A stretch of DNA of 64,000 nt from Eledone cirrhosa (taxonomy: Eukaryota). Below are positions 13,360 through 26,177 of the stretch, in pieces (positions within the stretch are counted from its first letter, which is position 1; each line of letters begins with the position of its first letter). Both the position numbers and the translations under genes were made by a program. A model generated the notes under the pieces. That model saw only the letters and a program-made list of their open reading frames with translations, was not told the DNA's origin and made no database searches. The stretch lies in contig OZ024760.1 in NCBI GenBank assembly GCA_964016885.1, positions 11,842,001-11,906,000 of the forward strand, written 5' to 3'.

Positions 13360-13827
13360 GTGTGTGTGTGTACATGCATATGTGTGTGTATGTATATATA
13401 TGCACTATAATCTACAATGAAACTGCTTCTATCAAGTTGGGATTTGAGGGAGCCAAGGCAGTTAGTTGCATTAGGGTAGAAAATAATATTTTCATCAACT
13501 GTAGCAAATGTTTATGAAAACACACAGACGTGTGTGTATGTTTTGGTTTTAGTGATTACACTATATATACATATATATTGATAAGCTTATATGTGTGTGT
13601 GTGTGTGTGTGTGCTGCTGTATTTATTTTAGTAATGATATATGAAATAGAAGTTGGTCTCAATGTTGCAGAGTGTTCCAGTGATGTGGTCCGAGTTGGAA
13701 TTGGGCAATAACAACCATCAATGCCAATTCCACAGAGATAACTGCCTGGAAACAGAGAATATGACAGGAAGATAAGAAAGAAGCAGAAAAAAGGGGGTGG
13801 GGTAGAAACAGAGTAAGGAATGATGTG

Positions 13828-13862
<35 letters not shown>

Positions 13863-14231
13863 ATGTCTCTCTATGTTTGGTAATTACAGTGTTGTGGTTA
13901 ATTGATGGAGAGAAGAGAGAAGAGAGAAGATGAAAGATAAAGAAGAAGGAAACAGGGTAAAAAAGAAAGAGATGGAAATAGTAAAGGAGTAAGTTTTAGT
14001 GAATTGTGTGGATGAAAGTTAATATGGCAGCCTCTGGTATTTTGATAAAATATTCCTAACACAAATTGTGTTTTCTTTAAATGTTTTTTTTTTTTTTTTT
14101 TTCGTGGCAGTTTAGAAATAAACAAAAAAAAACAACAGAATTCCATGGCAGTAAGTAAAAGGAAACACAGATGGTGGAGGTTAATTTCGAAGGTAGTAAA
14201 GACGTGAGAGAGAATGAGTTTGGTAAGTTGT

Positions 14232-15077
14232 TCAGAGGACCCTGTATTTGTAGAAATAGCAGAGACCATTACTGAAGTTCCAGCCAACAATAAGAGAGAG
14301 CAAGTATACAATGAGCAATAAAGTCATGGGGTAGAGTAACGCACGGGTATTCTTGAGAAATGGCAGCGCGCTGTAACCGAGGAAGGTTATGTAGATGTAA
14401 TATCCAATAGCAATTAACCAGAGAGTGTTACCGAACAGTCTGGACAGGAATAGTTCGTAGTTTATCACAGAATTTAAGAAGGCTAGCTGGAAGAGATGCA
14501 ATATCATGAGTAAGGGAAAGAAAGCGTTCAGGTGTACATCGAACGCATATCCCCATTCGACATCTTGTCCGCGGGGCGGTGCAATAATGAGGTATCTGTT
14601 AGTGACAAACCACAACAAGGAAGCGATCAGAATACCAACACCGATACAGTCAATGAAAATTACCCAGACTATAAATTTTAGAAATCCGACGAAATGTAGT
14701 TTCAAAACGAAAGCAAATCCAATGGAAGAGACCAATAGCCAAAAACTCAATAGAACAAGAAAAGCAGGGTCGTCACGAGCCCATTGGTCTTTCGTGTGTT
14801 TACGATACTGAAAGTTCCGGTAAACTTTTTGAGGAGACACAAACAGGTAAATCATTTGCCAGAAAGCATATTCGAAGTCCATTTGTCGGAATTTAAACAA
14901 TCTACGGAAGTATTTCTTTCTTTTGGCAGCGGCAGTCAGCCTGGCCAAGCCATTTTCTTGACTGAGCGTTGACGAATTACTTTCCAACGAACCTGACCGT
15001 CTTAAACCATCAAATGATGACTGTGGAGGTTTTGGCGAAGGTGTTGGTGAGTGTGGAACTTTGCCGAACGGCTGCAT
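14232..15077 (-). CDS. UNC50: UNC-50 homolog (Golgi/inner nuclear membrane multi-pass protein), single coding exon, 281 aa
   Basis: Uninterrupted ORF with family-diagnostic stretches QMDFEYAFWQM, PQKVYRNFQYRKHTKDQWARDDPAF, DVEWGYAFDVHLNAFFP and YITFLGYSALPFL. The ATG at 15077 (gtgaccATG) is preferred over the non-ATG start in the ORF track. Confidence 0.96.
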   Translation of the reverse strand: MQPFGKVPHSPTPSPKPPQSSFDGLRRSGSLESNSSTLSQENGLARLTAAAKRKKYFRRLFKFRQMDFEYAFWQMIYLFVSPQKVYRNFQYRKHTKDQWARDDPAFLVLLSFWLLVSSIGFAFVLKLHFVGFLKFIVWVIFIDCIGVGILIASLLWFVTNRYLIIAPPRGQDVEWGYAFDVHLNAFFPLLMILHLFQLAFLNSVINYELFLSRLFGNTLWLIAIGYYIYITFLGYSALPFLKNTRALLYPMTLLLIVYLLSLIVGWNFSNGLCYFYKYRVL

Positions 15078-15190
15078 GGTCACTTTCCAATAAATAAACA
15101 AAATCACGGATATTGAATTGTTTTGCTTGACAATGACGTTTCACACGTCAGCCATATTGCCGGAACTACCTGGCAAACAAAACTACTTCC

Positions 15191-15209
15191 GCCAAGGGCA
15201 CATAACTCT
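15191..15209 (-). promoter_or_regulatory. Candidate promoter element upstream of UNC50 (AGAGTTATGTGCCCTTGGC on the gene strand)
   Basis: Near-identical to the motif upstream of NTPCR. Nearby are YY1-like AATATGGC (~15152-59), ETS-like CCGGAA and TGACG half-sites. Confidence 0.55.
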
Positions 15210-15538
15210 ATGTAAAAAAACCTCTGCTATGATTCATTTTCATTTTCGGGTGGACAAAATCGTTTGAAAGTCGGACAACATGCTTTGCAGTATGTAGTTA
15301 CAGTCCTTTACGTTCTGAGTTCAAATCCCACCGAGGTTAACGTTGCCTTTCATCCTTACGGGGGTCGATAATGCACTGGATTCTATTTTCAGTTCTCCCA
15401 AATTGTTGGTCTTGTGCTTAAATCAGAAACCGCTTTAATGTGTTAAAGAAAAACCCTCGTTGAGCTAATTTTATAGCAAAACTAAGTAAATATGGATATA
15501 ATTTAGTGTATTCATCTATAACTATATATTATCAGACC

Positions 15539-15766
15539 TAACCCTTTAGCATTTAAACCGGCCGTATCCGGCCTGAATTCTCTCACCTCTTTCTGTTCAA
15601 ACTGGCTGGAACCGGCCACTCATACTGATGTTAAGGTATTGTTCTCAAAATAAATAATATCAAAATCTCATAGTTTCAATATTATGTGAGATAATTATGT
15701 GTGGTAAAGCCTTTACCATGAAAATGTAATAGTGAATATAGAGTAATGTAAATGCTAAAGGGTTAA
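15539..15766. mobile_element. piggyBac-type MITE (representative)
   Basis: TIR TAACCCTTTAGCATTTA...TAAATGCTAAAGGGTTAA with (T)TAA target. Other copies at about 25109-25301, 41890-42298, 43184-43653 and 59640-59779. Confidence 0.8.
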
Positions 15767-15907
15767 TAGGGAGCAAATTAATAGAGTCATTAGTACGTCA
15801 GATAGAGTGCTTAGCGGTATTCAATCCAACTCCCTGAGGTCAACTTTGCCTTTCACCAATTTAAGGTCGATAAAAAAATACCAGTCTAGTACTAAGTCGA
15901 TTCCCCT

Positions 15908-15967
<60 letters not shown>

Positions 15968-16098
15968 ATACTTTGTCTCTCCTTTGTTCTGTCCTACAGA
16001 ATTATGTGGATGAGAGTTAATTGTTCTGTGTGTCACAGAAACAAGATGGCGTAGGACAGAACAAAGGAGAGGCACAGAAACAAAGAAAAGAATCCCCA

Positions 16099-16141
16099 GT
16101 CACTGAAGAGGTCACAGAATGTGTGACGAAAGAACTTTGAC
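16099..16141 (+). ncRNA. Minimal hammerhead ribozyme in the UNC50-RTRAF intergenic region
   Basis: GTCA-CTGAAGA-g-GTCACA gaatg TGTGAC-GAAA-GAAC-TT|TGAC: 4-bp stem I, 6-bp stem II, one extra nucleotide after A9. Confidence 0.65.
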
Positions 16142-16572
16142 AATATATAAACAACCATCTGGTTGTGGAACCAACCAACCAACCGGAAATTTATAAATTC
16201 CTAAATTTATAAATTTATTATAATAATTTGAAGTGAAACAATGGTGCGTGTGTTTCTTATTGGCAACATGACCCTCCCAAAGTATAACAATATATATATA
16301 TATATATATATATTTTCACACCCAAGAATTTATATATTTATCAATATATATATATATATATATTGATAAATATATAAATTCTTGGGTGTGAAAATGTCAC
16401 GAAGTAATCTATATTTGAGGTTTGAATAAAAACGATTAACACACTTCGTGTTGAATAAATAATCTCTTTCGTTTTGATTCTATATTTTTATGTGAAATAT
16501 TTCTGTAATATTTATTGTATATATTAATTATTGTTTATCTACCAGTGACATTTTGAGTAACGTGTTTTAATC

Positions 16573-16943
16573 TACTCCCGGGTCCCAAATAATAAGGGTA
16601 GGGGTGGAATAAACGCAGGGGTGGTGGTGGAAAATCGGTAATGTTTTTAGGCTGTCTCTGTTGAATTTAAAAAAAAAAAAAAAAAGAAATAGTCGTTTAG
16701 TTTACATGTTGAGAGCCCAACCCATTCTATTTGTTTTATAACGTCTGGGATTTCTAATAATGTACTTTCTTTTGTCATGTATGATATTTTTTAATGTGTA
16801 AAACAAAATAATTGTTACAGGAATGCTACCACTTAAAATAGGATTTCGCTGGAGATGGAATAGCAAAATGTAATAAGCGGTGAGTGGGGGGTCTGAAAAT
16901 TTAATAAGAGAGGGGCGGAAACCATTATTGGAGACCCAAGAGT
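16573..16943. mobile_element. TA-flanked MITE (Tc1/pogo-like) just upstream of RTRAF
   Basis: Imperfect TIR TACTCCCGGGTCCCAAATAAT...ATTATTGGAGACCCAAGAGTA. A second copy at about 40318-41435 is interrupted by a LINE. Confidence 0.65.
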
Positions 16944-17103
16944 AATATTTTAAGATTTCTAACAAATGAATGCTCTCCCTTAGAACAACTGTAACAGCGT
17001 GGTTACTTGATCTGTCGCCAGATGGCAGCAGCAGTGCCATAGACCGCCATATTGTCATTGATTTGTCGACGGTGAATTTTTTTCTTTTTTTCCTTCAAAT
17101 ACA

Positions 17104-17853
17104 ATGTCTTTCAGGCGGAAATTATTGGCTTTGGAATACCACAACCCCGAGGTATTTAACATCAAGGATGATAAGTGTGTTCGAGCAATCGTCCATTGGC
17201 TAGAAGACCAAAAAATCCGTCATTATAAGATCTCAGATCGTGACGCAATCCGTGATACGGCGAGCGATACATGGCCAGAAGCATTCAAGAAGTATATAAA
17301 GGAATTGGATTGTCCTTACAGCACCGATGATACTCCTGCTGTAATGGACTGGCTGCTTGGTTATGCCGTCCGTCTTGAATATGGCGACAACCTGAAGAAG
17401 TACAAAGTGGCAAATGCCGACTCCGTGAAACGACTGAAGGCCGACGGTAAAACTCAATCTTCTAACCCCCTTGATAACTTGGACTTCAGCGACCCTCATT
17501 TCAAGGCTGGTATCGCATCTCTGTCAATGATGTTGCAGGTTCCACCGCATCCTGATCACCTGGAACAGCTAAAAGCCATCTGTATTCTCATACAGGAAAA
17601 ATTCTCCAAGGAGGCTCTCGCCAAAACCAATTTTTCAGGTAATCCTAAGGATAATATTCCTATAGACCAAACTGTGTTAGGTTTTGATGCTGGCGATTAC
17701 ATACTGAACGATGCCGCTAAAGTATTACGTCTGCTGCACATCAAAGAACTTCGTGAGTTACAGACTAACATAAATAGTATTATCGTTGGAGTGCAAGCTC
17801 TGACTGCCAACCCGAAAACTGATACCAGGCTTGGTAAAGTAGGTAGGGCTTGA
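17104..17853 (+). CDS. RTRAF: RNA transcription, translation and transport factor (C14orf166/CLE, tRNA-ligase complex subunit), single coding exon, 249 aa
   Basis: N-terminus FRRKLLALEY, WLEDQKIRHYKI, DWLLGYAVRLEYGD, LRLLHIKELRELQT, and the conserved C-terminus TANPKTDTRLGKVGR. Confidence 0.96.
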   Translation: MSFRRKLLALEYHNPEVFNIKDDKCVRAIVHWLEDQKIRHYKISDRDAIRDTASDTWPEAFKKYIKELDCPYSTDDTPAVMDWLLGYAVRLEYGDNLKKYKVANADSVKRLKADGKTQSSNPLDNLDFSDPHFKAGIASLSMMLQVPPHPDHLEQLKAICILIQEKFSKEALAKTNFSGNPKDNIPIDQTVLGFDAGDYILNDAAKVLRLLHIKELRELQTNINSIIVGVQALTANPKTDTRLGKVGRA

Positions 17854-18045
17854 ATTACCCCCTTTCCACCTCACAAAAGGAACAGACTGTCTTTGTTTGA
17901 CCCCTTTCACCCATCTCTCTCCCCCCACCCACCTTTCCTCTGCCTGTCTTATTATTACTGCTACTATTACTACCATTATTGTTATCATTATTTAGCTACA
18001 TCCCTCTTTATATGTTCTGAACTCCTCGCCGAGGTCAAATTCCCT

Positions 18046-18081
<36 letters not shown>

Positions 18082-18320
18082 TCCTTCCCGGGTCGATAAA
18101 ATAAAGTACCAGTATTGCACTGAGATCGATTTAATCGTCTTTCCCCTCTCCCCCAAAATGCTGGCCTTGTGCCTAAATCAGCAACCATTATTATAACTAT
18201 TCCTTGGAAAGTTTTTTTTTTTTTTTTTTCTTAAAAGAGGATCAATATTTCCTTAGTTTCTGTCTTCTGTAAAGACTTAACTCTTCCATTCCTCCTCCCC
18301 TAAAAACACTCAACATCTGG

Positions 18321-18372
<52 letters not shown>

Positions 18373-18659
18373 CATACATTATACACTCGTGTGTATATTG
18401 TATAATTTATAACTCTCTCTTATGTGTCTCTCTAGGTAAACCCTGCTATGTTAGTAAGTTTACATTAAAGACACCAAAGTATTTTTCCTTTCATAACTTT
18501 TCGTGTTTTTTTTTTGTTTTTTTTAAATTATTTTTTTCTTCTCTATTTTATTTTATATTTATTATTCCAGAATTTTTTTCATTATGTCGTGAATATATTT
18601 TGTCTATTATTTATTTATAATCGATCTCTTTTTCTTAATCGGTTCAAATTAATAGATTC

Positions 18660-19290
18660 CTGAACTACTTCTACCTCCACTCTTCTACCCTGGAATTTGA
18701 TAAAGTATCGATTACTTTCCGATAGGTGGAGAGTACTGGGGTCCTGGGTCTCCAAACCAGCTATTCTACCCGCAAATTGTTAAAGTATCAGCTGCTTTCC
18801 AAGAGATTTGTCGTTGAGTCTTTAGGTGGAGACTTCTGGTGTCCCTGGACCCTCGTTAAATCTCCCCTACCTGCAAATTGTTGAAGTATTGGCTGCTTTC
18901 TGGTAAATTTCTTATTGAACCTATCTATAATTGGAGATTTCTGGTATCCTGCATCTTTGACAACCACCTCCACCCTTCTACCCGCAAGCTGAAATATCGA
19001 CTACTTTATGATCTGTTATTGAATCTATCGATATGTGGAGACATCTGATGTCATGGATCTCTGACAGCCACCTCACTTACCTGCAGACTATTTAAAGTAT
19101 TGACTACTTTCTGATATATTTGTCATTGATTATCTATCTATCAATACGTGGAGATTTCTGGTGTCTTGGGGGGGGGGGGGTCCCCAAATCACCGAAAAGT
19201 TGAAGTATCGACTACTTTCCAATCTGTCATTGATTTTCTATCTACAGGTGGAAGGTTCTGGTGTCCTGGGACAGAGTTAGTCACCTGCAG
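18660..19290. repeat. Degenerate ~90-110 bp tandem repeat, about 6 copies
   Basis: Recurring ctacc.gcaaattgtt.aagtatcgact.ctttc...ggtggaga.ttctgg.gtcc. Confidence 0.75.
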
Positions 19291-19652
19291 GTGTGAGCCC
19301 CGGGAGTGGCAATGGCTTTTCTCCAGGGTTAACCCTTTCTCTGTTCTAAAGACTCCATGTACCTGTGGTCCTGCATGTTGGAGACCAGCATCCTCCCACA
19401 TTGTCCAGACATAATATATCATTGTAGAAGTGATGCTGATGGTCTGCACACACAGTATATATACATCTATATATACTGTGTTGTTTGCTTTGTTTCCGTT
19501 TACTTTTTGCATACACACACACACATATGTATATCTCTGTGTGTGCGTGTATATATATATATATATATATGTATACATACATACACACACATGTATATCT
19601 CTCTGTGTCCGTGTATATATATTATATATATATTAACACACATATGTATATC

Positions 19653-19687
<35 letters not shown>

Positions 19688-19708
19688 TGACACACATGTA
19701 TGTATATC

Positions 19709-19765
<57 letters not shown>

Positions 19766-20144
19766 GTGCTCTGTGTTAAATATGCCACCATCTTCTACTC
19801 TTAAATGACACTTCTTTATCTGAAGTGTTTTAAACACATTCACCTTAAATATTATTCACTGGCAATTTCTCACCAGTAACCATTTCATGTGTATGTATGT
19901 ATGTATGTATGTATATATATAAAGTTTTCCAAGAGATGGCAACATGAGTGACCTGTTATTTTTCTCTAAAAACATTTTTTTCAATTCCAACCCGCCCGTC
20001 CCTTCAATCTTTTTTAATTTCTCATTCTTTCTTTTGATGAAGGACTAGCGTCTGAAACGTTAAGACCTTCTTCCTGCTATTTCAAGCATTAAACTAATAT
20101 ATCCCTTCCATATACTGTACCGATTGTGTTATTTCTGTTTACCT

Positions 20145-20197
<53 letters not shown>

Positions 20198-20214
20198 ATA
20201 TATATATATATATC

Positions 20215-20806
20215 ATCATTATCATCATCATCATTTTTACGTCCGTTTTTTCCTTGCTTGCAAGGGTGAAATGGGCCCTTTCCAGCACAGCATAAGGGTG
20301 GGATGGGATGGGCCCTTTCCAGCACTGCATCTCTCCATTCGTCACAGTCCTTTGTCATCTCCTCTGTGAGCTTCAGCGATCTGAGGTTAGCTCTCACCAC
20401 CTCCGCCCATGTTTTTCGTGGTCTTCCTCTACTGCGTCTTCCTACCACCAGGATTTCTTGGCACTTCTTCACCCAGTGGTCATCTTCCATGCGCATCACA
20501 TGTCCATACCAACGCAATCTTCTCTCCCACACACTACAGTTTATCCCCCTTATACACAGTTTCTCTCTCAGCTCGTCTATGCCTGGTCGTTCACGCACAT
20601 TGACATTGCACATCCATCGGAGCATGCTTGCTTCATTTCTCTCCAGCCGTTGCATATCCTCCGCAGTTGCTGGCCATGTCTCACTACCATGCAGCATTGC
20701 GCATCACACACAGGCATCATATAACCTTTCATTTGTAGGGAGTAACCCTTCGTTGTCAACAAAAGAAGCAGCTCCCTAAACTTCTTCCATCCTGTCCTTA
20801 TTCTAT
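20215..20806 (-). mobile_element. RTE-clade LINE 3' fragment
   Basis: RIRTGWKKFREL (frameshifted), MLHGSETW, RRLRWYGHVMR, RGRPRKTW; (TGA)n tail. Confidence 0.92.
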
Positions 20807-21904
20807 ATACTATGGCTATATATATATATATATATATATATGTATCTGTTAGATGTACATGTGTGTCTATATATACATAAATGTTTATATAGATGTATAT
20901 ATCTATATATTTGCGTGCATAGGGGTTGATAAAGTCCACACCACTTTCCGGTATACATGCTTGATGCTATATGCAAGCCACTTCCTCGTGCATATAGCAC
21001 CTTAAACCCAGGTCTGCTCAGGGCAGACGGAGGCTCTGTAAGCCGTAGTGTAAGCAACCCGTCTAGGAGAGCTGCTACTCCGAATAGATTGGTGCGGGGT
21101 GGAGAAGCCCCCTAAGTTCAGTAAGACAACTTCCCTAGTGCTGGTGGCATGAATAAAAGCACCCAGTCCATGCTGTAAAATGGTGCTGATGATAGGAAGG
21201 GCATCCAACCAGTATATTAATGCCAAAAAATTGAGTACAACAGACAAATATATATATGATAAAAGGAAAAGAATGACTTCACTTGTAGTTAGTATTCTGT
21301 AACAATTTAATTTTATTATTTTGCTATGTTAACTTTGTTACCTTTGGTGGGAAGTTTTTTTTTAGAAATCCTGGTTAACTTTCTGGAGAACTTTCTTGCA
21401 TTCGTGGCTAGAGATTGTATGTATGTATTGTATGTATATAATGCACCCATATAGCTACTTTCTCTTGTGCACTCGGTGGAATGTGAGAGTGCACATAGCA
21501 AGACACAGATCCCTGGCTTGCATGGGAGATCTGTGGCGCTGTTTCAATACTGACTTGGTCTGTGTGGACTCGTCAAACCCTTGCTTGTAGGAAAAGTGAA
21601 CGTTAAATGATTATATATATAATACCATATAATTACTTTCTACTTGTATATATACACACATATATTTATTGTCTATCTCAGTCTCATTCACTATACATAC
21701 ATTCTTTAAACTAGATCCACAACACATATGACTGACCACCTCACCCTAACCAGCTTAACATAAACACCATAACTTAACCATCAGATACAATTAATTAAGT
21801 CTCATTAGCTTCTATCTATATTTACTGGTTAATAGCTGCTATATATTTCACAACTGGAGTGTTTACCTCCCTTGCATTGCCGCACTGACATTTCTTTAGA
21901 CTCT

Positions 21905-22362
21905 CTAGAACTAAGGTTCTGAAATTGGGCGCTACCTCCCCCGGGGGGTATTAAGAAGGTCCAGAGAGCGTTGGGGCCTAAGGGACAGAGGTTGGGGGTA
22001 ATATAATAGTATATTAAATATGATAATATAAAAAATATATAATATTATTTATACATTCCCACAGAGATCTGCCAACACACAAATTGTAAATAATATATAG
22101 TGTATAAGTAATTGTTTCTACGTTAGGCACAAGGCCAGCAATTAACCAGTGTATTACTGGTACTTTATTTTATCATCCTTACGGGGTCGATAAAATAAAG
22201 TACCAGTAATACACTGGGTAATTGCTGGCCTTGTGCCTAACGTAGAAACAATTACTTATACACTATATATTATTTACAATTTGTGTGTTGGCAGATCTCT
22301 GTGGCAATAGGTGTGGGTGGCACTGAGGGGAGCAGTGACTTAAAAAGAGAACCTCTGCTCTA
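21905..22362. mobile_element. hAT-like MITE carrying a SINE fragment and an inverted duplication
   Basis: Ends ctagaactaaggttct...agaacctctgctctag, with CTAG-containing target sites. Confidence 0.5.
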
Positions 22363-22884
22363 GAACATCGTTTCTCAACTGTTGTTCCCTAGAACCCTAG
22401 GGTCCTGCAAGAGGTCACTAGGGGTTCCATTAGAAACATTAATAAACAAGCTAATGCATTTCAGTTTAGTAATTTCTATTTAATTTTATATTCGTAATTT
22501 TACTTATATATTGCCTCACTAACTTATATTTTTAAACTCTTAAACTTTCATATAGTTTACACTTTGGTGAATGTCACGTTTTGTAAAGCATTCTACAAAC
22601 TTATGCTAATAAAATGCCACCACAATAGTGGGGTGGGGGTCTTGTGGTGAGGTTGTTGGACATACGAACATAAGGTAATTGGCAATAGCCTTTTTATTGT
22701 ATTTTATCATTTATTTTGTTCAGGCTTTGACTACAAAACCAAAAATAAATTTTTACTTTTATTTTTTTTAAAGAATGCCAAGCAAAACAGGTAAATATCT
22801 GTTATTTGTTGAGAAACATGGTTCTTACAATTCTGAAAGAAAGACAATCCTTGCTTCAACTAAATAGCTAAAACCATATATAGG

Positions 22885-23195
22885 CACATGGCACATTGGC
22901 CTTGCAATCGAAAGGTTGTGAGTTCAATTCTCAGACCAGGTGATGTGTTCTTTCCTTGAGCAAGACACTTTATTTCACATTGTTCCAGTTTACTCAGCTG
23001 TAGAAATTAGATGATAGGGACTGGGGTCCCTATCATTCCACTGCAAAGTGGTCATGGAGATGCCATGGCAAAAATCCACCAGTACTCACTGTAAATGAGG
23101 TTTGTGTTAGGAAGGGCATCCAGCTGTAGAAATCAAGCCAGAATCAGTTCCCATCCCACCCTTGCAAGCAGGGAAAAGCGGACGTGAAATGAAAT
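22885..23195 (+). mobile_element. tRNA-derived SINE family B with RTE-derived tail (representative)
   Basis: tRNA-like head (gtgagttcaattctc), ccttgagcaagacactt core, and a tail shared with the RTE at 9555-9825. Other copies at about 2280-2660 (-), 7175-7537 and 45032-45290. Confidence 0.85.
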
Positions 23196-25913
23196 ATATA
23201 TATATATATATATATATATCATCATCATCATTTTACGTCCGCTTTTCCCTACTTGCAAGGGTGGGATGGGAACTGATTCTGGCTATATATATATATCATC
23301 ATCACCTTTTAATGTCCATTTTCCATGCTAGCATGGGTTAGACAGGTTGTCCTGTTTGAGGGAAGTTGGGTCAGGTGACGGTTTCTGGCTAGGTTTCTAC
23401 AGCTGGATGTCCTTCCTAACGCTAACCACATTTACACTGTCTGCTTTTTGTTGTGACACCTACACGACCCCTTTACAGTGTGGGCTGGAGGCTTCACTAG
23501 AAATATGCTACAGCCTGTGCTCATAAGAGATGTATGGAAGGGTGGTGTATACAATATATATGTATGCTTATATATATAATCACTGTTTAACATCTATTTT
23601 CCATGGTTGCATGAGGCATAGACAAGTCAGGTGACCTTGTCTCACTCTTAAGTTACATTTTTTATTTGTTATCTATGGCTTTATGACCTTCCTAATGCCA
23701 ACCACTCTACTCTCAGTGTGTACTGAGAACATTTTATTATGACTTATCGCCTTACAGGGTGAACTGGGTGCTTTTTGTCATGGCACCAGCATTACCACTT
23801 TACAGGGTGGACTGGGTGCTTTTTGTTGTGAGACCGACCAGTGCTACCACTTTACAGGGTTGGCTTGTTTTTTTTTTGTCATGGCATCAGCACTTCCACT
23901 TTACAGGGATTTAATAAAACGATTAGTCATTTCATTATTAAGATGGTATTTGTAACATAACTTACCAAAAGTAAAATTATTGTTGGAAGGTTTTAATTTA
24001 AACCGTTTAAAATGTGTGGTTTTGTTTCATAGAATCTGGGTTAGTTTGATGTCAAATAGGTTATGCACACAGATGATTTAGTGTCAAATAGGCTACACAC
24101 ACGGATGGTTTGGTATTAAGTTAATCACACACACGGATGGTTTACTGTCAAATAGGCTACACACACACACAGATGGTTTGGTATTAAGTTAATCACACAC
24201 ACGGATGGTTTACTGTCAAATTGGCTACACACACACAGATGGTTTGTTGCTAAATAGGTTAATTACTCACACATACAATCATCGTTAATTACAAATGAAT
24301 GACAACTCATTGTTTTTAATAGAAAATATCTGATCTTTATTTAAACTTTTATATAAAAAAAAAGAATTCTGCAAGAAATATAAAAATATAGATAATTGGT
24401 ACAATTAAAAGTGTAGACAACCAGGTGTGGAGGATTATATGTGGTTAAATATTTTAGCACTGTTATCATAAAATGATTCCTTTCTTTAACCCCTACCATC
24501 TTATATTTATAAGGCACACTTGCTTTTAATGTAGGGACTGTTATTGCAATTTGGGGGAAAATATATTTATGTGGTGGTGTTGAGGTATTAATGTGGCTGT
24601 GATATAGTGTTGTGGGGTGGTGTTTAGGTGTGAATGTGGTATAGTGTTGTGGGGTGGTGTTAGGTGCTAGTTAGATATAGCTATGAGGGTGTGAGTGCTG
24701 AACAGATATAGTTATAAAGGCTATGTGTAGGTGCATATGTACATATATATAATGTTACGGTATCAAAACATTTAATATGTATGATAACCGTGTTTCTCAT
24801 TAAATAAGCTCAATGGACCTTAGTTCAGAGCATCAATAATTCAAATTTTAAAAATATATTTAGAGAGAGAGTTATATATCATTTAAGAAAAACACAGTAT
24901 TTTGTACACATATTTAATATAAATAATATTCAGGAAAAAATACATACTTTAACATGGAAAAGTTATATTTTCCATACAGAAATGTTTCATAGTTGAAAAA
25001 AATGAAGCAAAAGCAAACAACTATCAATATTTTGGACTATGAAACAGGAAAATATAATTTTTTCCTGAATATTATTTGTATTATATATGTGTACAAAATG
25101 CTGTGTTTTTTAAACCGGCCATATCCGGCCAGAATTCTCTCAACTCTTTCTGTTCAAACTGGCCATAACTGGCCACTCATACTGATATTAGGGTATTGTT
25201 CTCAAAATAAATAACATCATCAAAATCTCGTAGATTCCATATTATGTGAGATAAACCTTGACCGTGAAAATATAATAGTAATGTAAATTCTAAAGGGTTA
25301 AACGATATATGACTTTCTCTCTCTAAATATGTCTTTTAAATTTGAATTATATATATATATTGAGGTGGTCTTTGGGTGTTAAAGTGATCAATGTATGAAT
25401 ATATTCAGGCTGTTATGATATGTGGAAGGTAGTACAGTTTATAATCGGTTTGTAGCTGGGTGAGGTACAGAGAGGGATTTAGTGCTGTCGTAGTTGGGTT
25501 GAGGGAGCAAAATTAGAGTTCACTTCATGTAGAGGTGGTGGGCTGTTGCCAAGGTAAAGGGGCACTGAATGACACTGTTTCCCCACACTAGACTAAGAAA
25601 TACCAGTCATTGGCTGTGGTGGGAACTGGGCAGAGAAGAAATATGCTAGAAGGCTGATGTTCTGGGGAAAAAGGATTGGGTGGTTAGTGCACGACCTGGT
25701 GAGGATGGAGGTGCTGCGGGGGAAGTAGGGGTGTTTAAAAACCTGCCAGAGCCAACATTGCTCTATCATCTCCCCAGGATTGATAAAATAAGTACCAGTG
25801 GTGTATTGAGGGTTAATTTGATTGACTGTACCCACCACTCTGGTCCCAAAAAGTGGCCATTGTACCCAAGAAAGAAATTGTATTATTATTGGGCTGAATG
25901 AATGCATTGTGGT

Positions 25914-26114
25914 ATACAAGGGTTGACTGAAAAGTTTATAGTCTGACCAAGATACTCTCTTGGAATGACCAAATGAGGTTCATTTTTTAACGTAGTCCCT
26001 GGAAAGAAACAATGCAGATATTAATAAGAAGAGTCAAAGTTAATAGATGCAAGATTTCACAGCTCTAACCTCACTCCTTCATAATCAGCCTATGAACTTA
26101 TCAACCAAATCTTG

Positions 26115-26117
<3 letters not shown>
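25914..26117. mobile_element. Mariner-type MITE (related copies at about 11350-11530 and 42810-43003)
   Basis: TACAAGGG...CTTGTA ends and a shared body (aaagtt.atag.ctgacc.agatactctc...ccaaatgagg). Confidence 0.65.

Positions 26118-26177
<60 letters not shown>

Noticed and set aside
14506-14972. ORFs antisense to UNC50 (likewise 17233-17499 and 31498-31848)
   Set aside because: Shadow ORFs of real genes on the opposite strand.
22885-22945. tRNA-like A/B boxes
   Set aside because: SINE heads; no complete cloverleaf, so no tRNA gene is called anywhere in the window.
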